A DNA stretch of 60,000 bases, taken from NCBI RefSeq assembly GCF_018350175.1, contig NC_058368.1, positions 73,286,001-73,346,000 on the forward strand, in the 5' to 3' direction. Shown here in pieces: positions 11,901-25,109 of the stretch. Below the pieces are notes generated by a model. It searched no databases and was not told where the DNA came from. It was given only the letters and a program-made list of their open reading frames with translations. This DNA comes from Felis catus (lineage: Eukaryota). The stretch's first letter is position 1. Each line of letters starts with the position of its first letter. The position numbers and the translations under genes are program-made.

Positions 11901-13127
11901 GGACGATAAAGATAAAAGAGATCACAAACCATAGACAACGAAAGAAGACAAATATAAGAGGAACCTGGGTAAGACGCTTTCTACAAATAAACATATATAT
12001 ATATATTGGTGACTTAGTAGCAGTCAAAGGCAGAAGAAAATATAATGTATTTTGTTAGCTGGAATAACATGCCAAGAAACTCAACAATTACAGAAGCAGA
12101 ATTAATTTGCTTGCTTCCAGTTGCTACATTCATCAATGCCACCTACGTTAAAGGTTAGGGTCGGAACTATAGACACGCATCAAATTGCCACACACCATCC
12201 CTGCTGACAAGCCTTGTGCGCCTCTGCCCTGACTGGCCCAGAAACCAGTCCCCCACAGCTTGCCAGGCCTGGTGTATGAAGGATAGAAGAGGAGAGAAGC
12301 CAGGGGAGGATGAGAAACCGAGCCTGTGTGCATCCCTATTTCCTGAAACACCTCAGTTCTCCCCAGAGTCACAGCCTAGCAGGTCACAGAGGGCCTTGTG
12401 GGCCATTCTAAGCAATTAGGAGTCTGCTCAGAATGCTCGGCGGGGTGGGGGTGGGGGGGCGGGTAAGCAGAGAAGGGAGGCAACCTCAGATGGAGGGGAA
12501 GCAAGGGCAGAGCATGGAGAGTTAGGGGAACCTCCCCGACGACGTGAGCTCTGCCCTTGCCCATCCCCTTGCCAACCCATTCCCCACCAGCTCTCTCTGG
12601 ATGACTGCACACGGTGGGTTTCAAGGTCCAGACACAAATCCCTCGCAGCTCCAGTGAGTCTCCCGTGTGCCCCCAGCTTTGTCTTAACACAGACCAAACT
12701 CTGTCCCGTCCCCACTCTCCTACTAACCAGTTGGAGTGAGCTCCATGTTCTAGTCCATAAAATCCTACCTTCTTTCTCAGAGAAGAACATTCCCAGTCTG
12801 TGCACTATGTGCCCCCACACCTGAATCTGAGTGCCCCTGTCACGATTCTTCATGTCTCTTTATGTTGTTGCTTGTTACACAGAAAGATAGTCACCGTCTC
12901 ACCCACTGTTGCTGGATCTCTAAAACAGCATGGCCCTATGGTGGGAAATTTTGCAATGTTTCCAAATTTACAAAGGTACTTTTCACTTCAGCCAGTAATC
13001 CCATGGCTAGTAATTTATATCCTGCAAACATATGAAATAACACGTATAAGGTGGCTCATTCCTGCATGGTTTGTGATAATAAAAGATTGGAAGTGACCCA
13101 AGTGGTCCTCACTAGAAGACTTTAACC

Positions 13128-13305
13128 CAGAGGTTCTCAACCAAGGTGATTCATTTTTGGCCATCACGCCGAAGAAGGTGGTCCTGGCATCTAGTGGGCA
13201 AAGGCCAGGACTGCTGCTCAGTATTCTACATTGCAAGGGACAACCTCCATAACAACATTTATCATGCCCCAAATTTCAGTAGTGCCAAGGGTGAAAATCC
13301 CGGGT
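13128..13305 (+). mobile_element. MER20 (internally deleted)
   Basis: cagaggttctcaacc...ctggcatctagtgggcaaaggccagg...agtagtgccaagggtgaaaatccc. Confidence 0.8.
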
Positions 13306-13339
13306 TAAAGAATCATACACAGAATGGATATTATACAGC

Positions 13340-14370
13340 TTTTTTAAAAAAATGTAATTCTACTATAGTTAATATATAAAATTATATTCTGGTTATAGTT
13401 ATGTTATAGTATGTTATAGTAATAGTTATGTTATATTAGTTTCAGGTACACAATATAGTGATGCAACACCATCACCCCGCGCTCATCATGATAAGTGCAC
13501 TCAGTCCCCTACGTCTTTAACCCATCCGCCTAATACCCACTTCCCTTCTGATAAGCCTCAGCTTGTTCTTTATAGTTAAGCCTGGGGTTTTTTGTTTGTT
13601 GGGTTTTTTTCTTTGTTTATTTGTTTTATTTCTTAAGTGCTACGTGTGAGTGAAATCATATGGTATTTGTCTTTCTCTAAGTGACTTATTTCACTTAGCA
13701 TGATACCCTCTAGGACCATCCGTGTTGTTGCAAATGGCAAGATTTCATTCTTTTTTATGGCTGAGCAACATTCCATTATAGATTCCATGGTATGTTCCAT
13801 TCCACTGTGTGTGTTTGTGTACATATATCACATCTTCTTTATCTATTCATCTACCAGTGGATACTTGAGTTGCTTCCATAATTTGGCTATTGTAAATAAG
13901 GCTGCAGTAAACTTGGGGATGCATGTATCTTTTCAAATTAGTGTTTTCATATTCTTTGGGCAAATGCCCACTAGTGGAATTACTGCATTATATGGTAACT
14001 CTATTTTTAATTTTTTGAGGAAACTCCATACTGTGTTCCAGAGTGGCTACACCAGTTTGCATTCCCACCAAGGGTTCCTTTTTCTCCGCATCCTCACCAA
14101 CACTTGTTTTTGGTGTCAGAAACACTTGTTTTTGATTTTAGCCATTCTGACAAATGTGAAGTGATATCTCATTGTGGTTTTGATTTGCATTCCCCTGATG
14201 ATTAGTGATGTTGAGCATCTTTTCGTGTGTCTGTTAGCCATCTGTGTGTCTTCTTTGGAGAAATGTTTCTTCGTGCCTTCTGCCCATTTTAATTGGATTA
14301 TTTGCTTTTTTTGGTGTTGAATTGTATAAGTTCTTTGTATATTTTGGATACTGACCCTTTGTCAGATATA
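13340..14370 (-). mobile_element. Carnivore L1 3' fragment
   Basis: Antisense L1 ORF2-end/3'UTR (gttgttgcaaatggcaagatttcattc; gatatctcattgtggttttgatttgcatt). Confidence 0.92.
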
Positions 14371-14477
14371 TGCAGTCATTAAAATAGGGTAAGAACACTA
14401 TGTACAGAAATAAAAAGATCTTTGGAAGACATTAAGTGTCAAAAGTAAGGGAAGACTGGTTTATGTGCTAACTTTTT

Positions 14478-14675
14478 TTAATTTAATTTTTTAATGTTTA
14501 TGTATTTTTGAGAGAGACAGAGCATGAGTGAGCGAGGGGCAGAGAGAGGGGGAGACACAGAACTCGAAGCAGGCTGATAGCACAGAGCCTGACATGGGGC
14601 TCAAACTCACAAACCATGAGATCATGACCTGAGCTGAAGTCAGATGCTTAACCAACTGAGCCACCCAGGCACCCC
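14478..14675 (-). mobile_element. Felid Can-SINE
   Basis: TSD atgtgctaacttttt at 14463-14477 and 14676-14690. Confidence 0.93.
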
Positions 14676-14910
14676 ATGTGCTAACTTTTTATGAAAAAGA
14701 AAATAAGAAAATATGTGTACATGTGTATTTGCTTGCATCTATATAATGCAACATTAAAAGGACATGTTAAATTAATAAAAATGATTACCAACTTGGGATT
14801 AATGGGACTTGGAGCCGGGATGAGTGGAGACATAAGTAGGAGCTACACTTCTCAATGTAAATCTCAATACATTGCTTTAACTTGGAACCACATGTCTCTA
14901 GTACCTATTT

Positions 14911-15134
14911 ATTTTTTTTTAATTTTTTTTTTTAACGTTTATTTATTTTTGAGACAGAGAGAGACAGAGCATGAACAGGGGAGGGGCAGAGAGAGAGGGA
15001 GACAGAATCTGAAACAGGCTCCAGGCTCTGAGCTGTCAGCACAGAGCCCGACGCAGGGCTCGAACTCACGGACCGCGAGATCGTGACCTGAGCCGAAGTC
15101 AGCCGCTTAAACGACTGAGCCACCCAGGCGCCCC
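14911..15134 (-). mobile_element. Young felid Can-SINE
   Basis: CpG-rich, near consensus; TSD ctagtacctattt. Confidence 0.95.
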
Positions 15135-15559
15135 ACTAGTACCTATTTAAAACAATACATAAAGATTTGGATATAAAGATTTTTAAAAAGACATGTGAGG
15201 TCCTTGAGAATAAAAAGACTATGTCTCATTTATCTTTGTGTCCTAATTATCTGGAATTAAGCCTTCTCTAAAACAGATACTTAAATATTAGATTTAAATT
15301 ATATTTATTATTTATTTTTATATTTTATATATTTTTTATATTTTATATTATTAAGCATATTAAATATACTTAAAATAATTTAGTTGAATTTAAGCCAACA
15401 GCTTTCATACTATTAAGTACCTATATAAATACATTCATAAGCATGGGGCAAAATTAAAAATAATACATGAAAAGTGTAACCTGTAGCCTTTGACATCATG
15501 AAGGTTACAGTACAGGTGTGGAAACAAACACATAAAACAGTTAAAGAACAATACAATTT

Positions 15560-16132
15560 TTATATACCCAAAGAATACAAAAGTACTAATTCAAAGGAAT
15601 ACATACACCCCAATGTTCATGGTAGCATTACCTACAATAGCCAAATTATGGAAACAACCCAAATGTCCATTGACTGATTAATGGGTAAAGAAGATGTGGT
15701 ATGCATATACATATATATATATGTATATGCATACACACACGCATGCACAATGGAATATTACTCTGCCATCAAAAAGAATGAAAATCTTGCCATTTGCAAC
15801 AATGCGGATGGGACTAGAGAGTATTATACTAAGTGAAATAAGTCAGAGAAAAATAAATACCGTATGAGTTCACTCCTATGTGGAATTTAAGAAACAAAAC
15901 AAAAGAGCAAAGGGGGGGAAAGGGGGGGCAAACCAAGAAATAGACTCTTACGGGGGTGGGGGATGGGTGAAATAGAGGGTGGAGATTAAAGACTGCACAC
16001 GTGATGAACACTGGGTGATGAATCACTGGGTGATTTACAGAATTGTGGAATCACTATATTGTACACCTGAAACTAATATTACACTGTATGTTAAGTAACT
16101 GGAATTTAAATAAAAACTTTATTTAAAAAAAA
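15560..16132 (+). mobile_element. Carnivore L1 3' fragment
   Basis: L1 3'UTR motifs and A tail; diverged TSD aaagaaca... Confidence 0.9.
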
Positions 16133-17319
16133 AGAACACTCCATTTTTTGGGTGATTTAGTGGAAAAAAATGAATTTTTCACCATAATTTTCAGAAAAGT
16201 GGAAGTGAGCTAAATTAAGCTGTAAGCCAGTTTATCAACTGCTTCTTTCATTGAACATGCAAATTTGTCCTCTTTTAATTTACAAAGACATCTGACTTTG
16301 ATTCATATGTTTACTATTTTAGTTAATGGAAGGAAGCATAGAATTAAAACAGTGACATCACATCACATTTGAATAGAGAAGACAGAGCAAACCAGCCAAC
16401 ATGGATTCACTGGAAGCTTACATCATCCCATCTGGGAAAATGACATTAAGTACTAAGGAGTTGCTGCCCCCTAGAGGTCAATCAAAAAACTCCAAAATTA
16501 AAAGGATGACATTTAATCATCAAAAGCCAAGCAATTAAGAAGGAATGACAGAGCATGAGACTTGTTTTATGTAGGAATGAGACCCAAATCCACTATTCTG
16601 GAAGAAAAAAAAAGGAAGGGAAGTTTGGCCCCCCTAAGAGTGAAGAAGTGTTTACAGCAAAGGAAAAATAAGCAAAAGTTTTTGCTCGTTGCATCCAATG
16701 AACACCAGGGGCAATGAGGGGGGGCGGGGGGTTATTAACTTGAAAATTTTTACTTTTTTATTGCTTCTGCTTCATATTTCTCCACAGATGCTAGTGGTTA
16801 GCAACCATTAAACATAGCTATAGGGCTCTGTGCTTGCTTCAATGTTTTTGGGAAAAGCTGTCAGCTTTGCTCTACTCAGCAGTAGGCCAAAGCAGGGAAA
16901 CCCCCAGCAAAATCAACTGTTGAATGCACTGGAAAGGAAAGCCTGCAGACAGAAGCCTGAACCACAAAGCTCTTCTTAAAATGGGAAGCAGAAGGAAGAA
17001 AGTCTGGGCCCCTAGGTGCCCACTAGGTATCCAATCTAGCGAAAGAATATGCGTTTTGCTCCCCAAAGCCTCGGATCCCTTTCACCTCATTTTTAAGCCC
17101 CTGCCTCATCAGAAATCCTACCAAGCCAATCCTACCAAGTTCTCAGATGGCTTCCAGTAATTCAGAGTTCAAGTTTTCCCAAACTCTGCTCTTACAACTG
17201 GAAAGGCTCTATTCAAACTTTATCAAATTGGAATTCATACGTGAACATTCATTTATGGCTGTGTAGATTGATGTACAGATACACTGTAGGTTCAATAGGT
17301 GTGTAGCAGATATTGTTTC

Positions 17320-17394
17320 TCTGAAGACCAAGAGCACGTTGTATACACTGTATGTTAGCCAACTTGACAATAAATTATATTAAAAAAAAAAAAA
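17320..17394 (+). mobile_element. Very short felid L1 3' terminus with poly(A)
   Basis: ctgtatgttagccaacttgacaataaattatatt followed by A13. Confidence 0.75.
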
Positions 17395-17534
17395 GAAATA
17401 CAGTAGGGAAAGTGAATGGTTGTAGGAGGACCTAAGTTCATTCAATTTTTAAAAATGAAAAAATTTGTTTAAATTTCAAATTACTGACTTTTAGAAATTT
17501 CTGAAAAAGTGGAATAACCCAGTAGAAAGTCTTC

Positions 17535-17730
17535 AGGTTTTGGAGTCAAAGAGAGCAAATCCCAGTTATGATTCTGCCCTGTATTCGTTGTCAGTTACCT
17601 TCCCTGAATTGCAGCTTCCGCATTTATAAAATATGGTTAATACTTACCTTGCAGCATTTCTGAAGGGGTTAGAGATGATATATATGATGCACACACAAAA
17701 AATATATTCTCAGGAAGTGGTAGCTATTAT
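17535..17730 (+). mobile_element. MIR SINE
   Basis: ttttggagtca...aaatcccag...ttccctgaattgcagcttccgcatttataaaat. Confidence 0.7.
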
Positions 17731-18182
17731 TACACAATCAGGATTCACCTGTACCAGGCTACATAATGTGGGATCAAATTTAATTGATACCCCAAAATAT
17801 TTTCTACGAAAACTGCAAGGCTACAGGCCATTAGGAAGGGGAGATCAATGTTGGCTAGAAATTTGAGTAGACTGTATGAATTACTGAGATGAAACCTGAG
17901 CAAAACTATGTAGTTCGTTTGAAAAAAAATGTCATTACCACCTTGAAATCTTTGCAGAGATCAAAGACACAAAGTGTCTAATGCGCTTCCAGGCTTGGCT
18001 AAACATTAAACTATTACAAAAAGACTTGTTGGCCATATCAAGAAAATGACTTTTGTCATGAGATTATACCTTCTGAATATGGCCATGATGATGACAAGTC
18101 CGTATACTTCTGAAAATGGTACTCTATTTTAAAGAGACATATGATTATGGGTAAGACTCTTTCTCTATTCAATTAAAAGCTA

Positions 18183-18635
18183 TATATTGCTTCCCTGGAG
18201 CTGCTATAACAAACTACTACAAACTCGATGGCTGAAAATACCAGAACTGTATTCTCCCTCACTTCTGAAGACCCGAAGTCTAAAATCAAGGGTCAGAAAG
18301 CAACACTCCCTTTGCAGACTGGAGGAAATTCTCTCCTTGCACCTTCCAGTTTCTGGTGGTTCTGGAATTCCTTCATGTTTCCTGGCTTGTAGCTACATAA
18401 CTCCAGTCCCTTTCTTTGTCTACACATAGTGTTCCCCCTGTGTCCCCATGTCAGATCTCCCTCTCTTTATGGGCCATTGGATTTAGGGCCCCTCGTATGT
18501 AGGATGACCTCATCCCCAAATCCTTTACTGAGTTACATTTGCAAAGACCTTTTTCTAAATAAGGTCAAGATCACAGGTCCCAGGGGTTACTACTTGGACA
18601 CACCTTGTAGGGGGTCACCATTCAACCGACTACAA
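18183..18635 (-). mobile_element. MaLR solo LTR (MLT1B/C-like)
   Basis: gctgctataacaaactactacaaac...catttgcaaagacctttttctaaataaggtca...accattcaacc. Confidence 0.8.
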
Positions 18636-19619
18636 GTCATTTCTGGTGAACCTTGGCATATTGCTCTTATTTAGATATACCCTCTTAACACATTGAGTAG
18701 TTTATTTTGCAGAAGTCTCAAAAAAATAGCAACCTGTTATCTGTGTAGGAATCAGAAAATCCTAGCATTAACTAGAACTTCCATGCAGTGGGGAAAGCAT
18801 GTGTAAACACAGGTGGGTGGAGGGGGCCACAACACAGGCAGTGGCTGCTGAAGATAACTTTCACCAACACAATCAAAATGTATTTAGGATTCACGCTTAC
18901 TGATCCATATCCTTGCCAACTTGAGCACTTTGTTACAAATGATTTTACCCTAACTATGGTTTACCTATGGCTTTTTCTGCCTGCCCTGACACCCCAATCC
19001 CACAATCCCACATTGCAGGCTCTGGTTACATTAAGTCCTTTGCTTTTTCCCCAAATATCCCAATACTCTGTTCAGCTCCTGTCCTCCAGGCACACTACGT
19101 GCCATTCAAGCTCAAGGCTGTACCTTATTTGCACAAAGACAACATCCACTAACCAAGCCCAGTGCCGAGGGGAACGCATCTCCCCCGTGAGGTGCCTTCT
19201 TTCCCTCCAAAGCTTGAAGGGGGGCTAGTCAAACTGGCTGATGTGAGACCTGAAAACCCAGGACTGCAAAGGCAGAGCAAAGCCAAGGAAGGGAGAGGGG
19301 TTGGAATTAACAGCAAACAGATGGGGGTTTATGATGAAGAAAGAAGAAAAGGATCCAAGAAATCCAGAAGCCATGGTGAATTGATTTTAAGACAGATGAA
19401 TAGATGGTAAGGATGGAGCCAAGAAAGTCAGAAGCAACAGCTGAGGACTGTCTAGGGAAAAAGCCCAAAATGAGTTTAAGAAAATAATTTGCATTTTTAA
19501 ACTAGTAGCTCACAACTGACTGATTCTAACACGGTTGTTTGGCCCTAACTTCATCTTTATCACATGGACAGAACAGACAAAGAATAGAGTGGGTTATGTT
19601 CTTACTTCTACTTCAAAAA

Positions 19620-19828
19620 ATTTTTTACGGTTTATTTTTGAGAGAGACAGACAGAGACAGAGTGAGAGCAGGGGAGAGTCAGAGAGAGAGGGAGACACAG
19701 GATCCAAAGCAGGCTCCAGGCTCTGAGCTGTCAGCACAGAGCCCGACATGGGGCTTGAACTCACGAACATGAGATCATCACCTGAGCCAAAGTCGGCACT
19801 CAACTGATGGGTGCACCCAGGAGCACCT
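19620..19828 (-). mobile_element. Felid Can-SINE
   Basis: SINE body; flanking ttctactt duplication. Confidence 0.9.
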
Positions 19829-19884
19829 TCATATTTCTACTTTAATCAGTCAGTTTTTCTTGCCTTGTTGCATGAAGGATTTAG

Positions 19885-20075
19885 GAAGTGTGGCATAGTG
19901 CTTATGGTGTAGGCATCCATGCCAAATAGACATGATGTCTTAAGGTCCGTCTTTTGGAACCTCAAAATGAGATTCAGAATATACCTTGCATGGTTATTGT
20001 GAAAAAAGTAAAAGACGTTAATTTATGAAAATGTCTAATATAGTATCAGACTCATAGCTGGCCTTCAATAAACAT
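19885..20075 (+). mobile_element. MIR SINE (degraded)
   Basis: gtgtggcatagtg head; taccttgcatggttattgtga core; tcaataaacatt end. Confidence 0.55.
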
Positions 20076-21234
20076 TAAATTTGTTTAGGTTTAGGGTAGA
20101 ACTTCAGGTTATTAAGTATGAATAAAAAGTTAAAATCAGAACCAATTAAAGTTTCATTGGAAGACTGGGCGGGGCGGGGGGGTGGAGGGACATTGGATGC
20201 ACTTGTGGAAGCCATAAGCGTTGTGGTGAACACACAAATGCACCACCAAGGTCCCATTTCAGTGAAGAAACTGCGGCCTAGCCAAGGGCAATGCTGTCAC
20301 ATTTTAGTAGTCATCACCACAGTCGAAGGGGCAAGGTCAGAGATCATGTACTGGAAACCAGAGAGAATAAGTACAATAGAAGAGTATTCTATTCTTCCTT
20401 CAGTAGAAGGACAAGGCCAACTCACAGAAAGACAGAAGCTGTGGAAGTTCGTACCCTGGCCTTCCTCTCCTCTCTCCATCCCATCACTGCCAGGGAGAGA
20501 GGCCAAAAGATAGAGGAAAGGGGCCCATGGGTGACAAGGTCTGTCTCCTGGAGCACAGAGAAGGACAAAGAAGAATAGAAAGCAGCCTTGGAAGAGTAAA
20601 TGGAAAATATCCAGTGCACACTGACCCTTCAGTGTAAAAGCAATCTTTCTTCTCTGGAGCCCTAAAGTCCCTACCCCCCCCCCCAAATGACTCTAAGGTT
20701 AATGAACCAGCTTCAACAAGCAACAAGAGTGCCCCCTTCTTCCAGCAGGAAGAGCTGTTTCTGAGCACATCTTCCCATAATTCTGGTGGCTTCGTTCCTC
20801 CATGCCCCCCAGAGTTACCAGCAACCAGTTTCCCTAGAAAACTCCTATAACCGGTTGGCAACCAAATCCAGACTGCTTGGCTTCCAAACAGATGCTGTGT
20901 TCCTCATTGACATGGTTGCTTTTCCTCTGGCCTCATAAAACCCCTACTAGAATGCTCTCTGCACTGAACCTCAAACCCACGGTGTGTGTCCAGTGGACTG
21001 TGGTCCATCTCTCTTGGGATAATTGGAGAAAGATGAATGGGAGACTCATGCCTTCTCTTCATGATGACACTGCCTTGTTTCCTTTACTAAAGTCTGTTCC
21101 ATATGAAGAGCCATCATGTAATTCTTTATGAGTCCTGTTGTATGACAGTGACATCCAGTGTGGGGCACCACCCTATTAACCACTTTGCACTTGGTACAAC
21201 CACCTACTGTGGATTTCAAAAAAAAGAAGGTATA

Positions 21235-21482
21235 GGGGCGCCTGGGTGGCGCAGTCGGTTAAGCATCCAACTTCAGCCAGGTCACGATCTCGCGGTCTGG
21301 GAGTTCGAGCCCCGTGTCAGGCTCTGGGCTGATGGCTCAGAGCCTGGAGCCTGTTTCCGATTCTGTGTCTCCCTCTCTCTCTGCCCCTCCCCCGTTCATG
21401 CTCTGTCTCTCTCTGTCCCAAAAATAAATAAACGTTGGAAAAAAAATTAAAAAAAATAAATAAATAAAAATTAAAAAAAAAA
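21235..21482 (+). mobile_element. Young felid Can-SINE of a distinct subfamily, long A-rich tail
   Basis: Diagnostic gtggcgcagtcgg / ttcagccaggtcacg / ctctgggctgatggctc / gtcccaaaa; TSD aaaa(a/g)gaaggtata. Confidence 0.95.
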
Positions 21483-22099
21483 AAAGGAAGGTATATACTC
21501 TCCTTAATCTCTGCACTTCACTGGTGTACATAAAGCAAAAGCCAGGGGTAGTGACTATGGCTCCTTACAAAACAAAATTTTTGTGACAGATATGGAAAGG
21601 AAATTTGGAATACAAATTTCTGGAGTTCTCAACTATGTATATAAAAATTGTAAATGAAGCTGCTTGTCATAATTGACACGAAAACAAATCCCAGTCAACT
21701 TAGCAAAAATCTTTTTAAGTATCTATTATACACTATGGCTTTTGGTAAGGACAAAAGAAACAAAAAATTAAAACTTAGAATTCAGTGAAAATAAAATTGA
21801 GGGCATTCAGATACAATAATGAAAGGAATTGACTTCCTGCCTCATGACTTGATACTTCTGTGCTCAAAATCCGTGATGTGTCCGGCAAGCCCATGTCCCT
21901 CTTCCCAGAGAGCTGGCCAGGGTGGCGGTTCCATGTTCTCAAGAACACCTCCCATCAGACCACAGCTGATGCATGCAAGGATGCGTTTGTGTGTTGAGCT
22001 GTCCAGTGGGATTTCCTTGGGAATTTTGACCGTCTGACTCAGAAATACAAATTAACTGCCACCTTCCCATTCCCCCAGCATTATTATCCAAAGACATTC

Positions 22100-22430
22100 A
22101 ACTTAATACTGGACAGACTAAAGAATAATCTTTCCTCAGTGGAACCATGAGACATTTAGCTCAATGGCCATGTGCCCATCAAATGCAGGAAGTATATGAA
22201 ATAAGAGAGGAGAATGAAGCCAACATACTGAGTAAAACAGAGTCCAGAGCTGGCAAAAATGGCCCTGGTGGCATTTGTGTCCCTGGTTCTGGTCAGTCCT
22301 CAGGCCCACCGCATCTCTTCCTTTCCCGAGGTTTATATGGTTGACACTTCCTTAGATTCCTTTGGGTCCTGCATCCCTCAACTAACTTGAAAGCCATTTT
22401 CTCGTTAATCTAATGACGTCCTAAGTAGCT
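22100..22430 (+). mobile_element. Possible old MaLR LTR fragment (MLT1J/K-like)
   Basis: gagaatgaagccaaca...aaaacagagtccagag motif. Confidence 0.4.
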
Positions 22431-23483
22431 CAGAGTCCTCTTGTGCACACCTCAGTAAACAGAGGCATGTCCGGGGGTGTCTCTCCATAGTTGTGACACC
22501 CAGGGTGGCTGGGGAAATCAAGAATGGTTGAAGGCACCGCAAATTACAAGGGTTGCTTGTGCCCTAGTACAACTAGACCAGATAAGTCGGCCTCCCTCTG
22601 CAAGTTTCTTCCCACAGACTCCAGCCATTGCTTCCCTCATCTCAACACACACCCCACCCCTACCATAACATTCTGCATCCTGCCCTGCACCTGCCCTTTA
22701 CTGCTGCACATGGTCCCTATCTCTCAACTCTAGCAAATAGGACACTCATCCCAGTATTGAAAGAGCAGTATCCGCCCAATGGGAGAAATCATAACTGCTC
22801 CAAAGCTGGTAGGAACACCACAAGTGTGTGAAATCACCCAACAAATTATAAAATGTAAGCCATGGTTCTATGTCATTGAGTATTTTCTCATGATAGCAAG
22901 CAAAAATAGACTCCCAGGGCCATCTTGGAGAGAGACCTTCCACGAAGAAGATGTCATTACTCCAACACTATTATTTTAACCACCATATACACCTGTGATG
23001 TCACTAGTTACTAGTTTATGAACATTCTCCTTGTCACAGAATAACTCATCTGGCACTAAGCTCCAACATTACTATTGCAGATAGCAATTTGAAGTAAATT
23101 CTCTTGTGTCACTAAAGCATTGGAAAGTGACCTGCTAATGCTCCTTTATCAAAGAGTGTCATATATTCTAAGTGAAATTATTACTTTATGAAGACATGAA
23201 GAGCTTGAATCATTCTCTATTGCTTAGAAGTAAAATTTCAGTTTATTACAAAACAAATTATGAAAGTCCTCCTTTGGGGTAAACTTTGTTAAGTGGTATA
23301 TTTTTGGCTTAGGGTGGGAGTTGATTTTTCTGCTAAACTAATACATCCATGTGTCTTCATGATCTCGGGAATACATTTTTTAAAATATTTAGTTACACTC
23401 TTATCTCTGATAATTAACACAATTTCTATCTTAAGCTAACAAAAATATGTCCTTACCTTCACATTTAAAAAATGCAACGTATA

Positions 23484-23608
23484 GGGCACCTGGGTGGCTC
23501 AGTCAGTTAAGTGTCCGACTTCGACTCAGGTCACGATCTCACAGTTTGTGAGTTTGAGCCCTGCATCGGGCTCTGTGCTGAAAGCTCAGAGCCTGGATCT
23601 TGCTTCGG

Positions 23609-23655
<47 letters not shown>

Positions 23656-23684
23656 AATAAACATTTAATAAAAATAAAATAAAA
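23484..23684 (+). mobile_element. Felid Can-SINE with expanded (CT)n
   Basis: SINE head, about 20 CT repeats replacing the middle, A tail. Confidence 0.92.
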
Positions 23685-24862
23685 CATGCCATGTGTTAAG
23701 TCCTGGGATCCTCCAGAGATAGATTATAGATGTGAAATACCTTACTAAAAAGGAAGCGGAAGAAATGTCTACTTTAGAGTATACCCTGTTCCAATAAGCT
23801 GATTTAATGCCAAAGTGGAGACATTTTTAGCATGCTTTCCCAACGGAGACCAAACAGATGCCTTCCCATTTGAGGGGGTGTCACAGGGAATCGTCTGAGC
23901 AGTCAGACGATGTCACATCGTCACATATGTATGCTCAACAGAATTCAGCATAAACAATTGGGAAATTGCAGTCTGGTAGGAAATTTATGATATTAGATTG
24001 TTTTCTTGGGTATTTTCAGACTTAGAAATACAGAGTTGGCCAGTTTTGTCAGAACTTCCATTTCTCCAGCCAGAATGGTGGGCTTGCATTGATAATGTAA
24101 GTCCTAGAAACCAGCAATCACAAATATTTATGAAGTATCTATTGTGCTCAAATCCCTTGGCTCAGAAAATCTCTTACATCAAAGACTTCTTACAACACAC
24201 AGCCCCTCTTGCTACAGAGCGTGGTGTTGCCTAACAGTAAAGAAGAGTCTTCACTGTGCATGCCATCTGCCATGGAAGGCACTTCCCAACCTAGTATGGG
24301 AGCCTGTACAACCCTGGAAATTCAGTGAAATGGTCAAATCTGGGAGGGAGGAAGGCAACCATCCAGCAGTGAAGGGCTGTAAACAACAGAAAAGACATAG
24401 GAACTGTGGATGACAGTCTACAAAGGAGCACGTGCAGAAAGTACATGGAAATCTCACAGGGACCCTTTCTGGTTCAAGGACTGTTGGTCCCAGTTCTGAC
24501 ACTGAGCCCCTCCCTCTGCCCTGGGAGCTAGATACCAGATACCACAGCACAGCATTCCAATGCTGGCCTCACCCAGGCAGTCACCCTCAGGCACCCATAC
24601 TTGTTAAACACTTTCCTTACTTCTCCTCAGCTTTAGCCCTTAACCGGCACCTATGGACCTGCTTTACAAGCATCTGAATGTCTTATTTTTAAAAGGAAAG
24701 AAAAAGTCCCTACAAATAACACTTTTCCAGCCTATTTACTGTATTAGAAGAAAGTTTCTCCTCCAATCTCCATTGAAGGGCAGAGCTAGTTTCTCCGGAA
24801 ATATCACCCATTCTTTCTTTCTTGGCAGTTATGCAAAAGAACATTCTACACATACGGTATTT

Positions 24863-25109
24863 GTTTATTTTTTATTTTTATTTTTTTTTGAGAGAGAGAG
24901 CGAGACAAAGAATATGAGCAGGGGAGGGGCAGAGAGAGAGAGACAGAATCCAAAGCAGGCTCCAGGCTCCGAGCTGTCAGCATAGAGCCCGATGCAGGGC
25001 TTGAACTCACGAGCCCTGAGATCATGACCTGAGCCAAAGTCGGTGCTCAACCAACTGAGCCATCCAGGCGCCCCTTTATTTATAACCAACTAAGCCAGTC
25101 AGGCACCCC
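24863..25109 (-). mobile_element. Composite Can-SINE (short SINE head plus full SINE)
   Basis: Two SINE 5' ends (25074 and 25109); outer TSD catac(g/a)gtattt. Confidence 0.88.

Noticed and set aside
18788..20861. Cluster of 95-146-aa ORFs as a possible processed pseudogene or novel gene
   Set aside because: No recognisable protein similarity, no poly(A)/TSD signature and no consistent exon structure.
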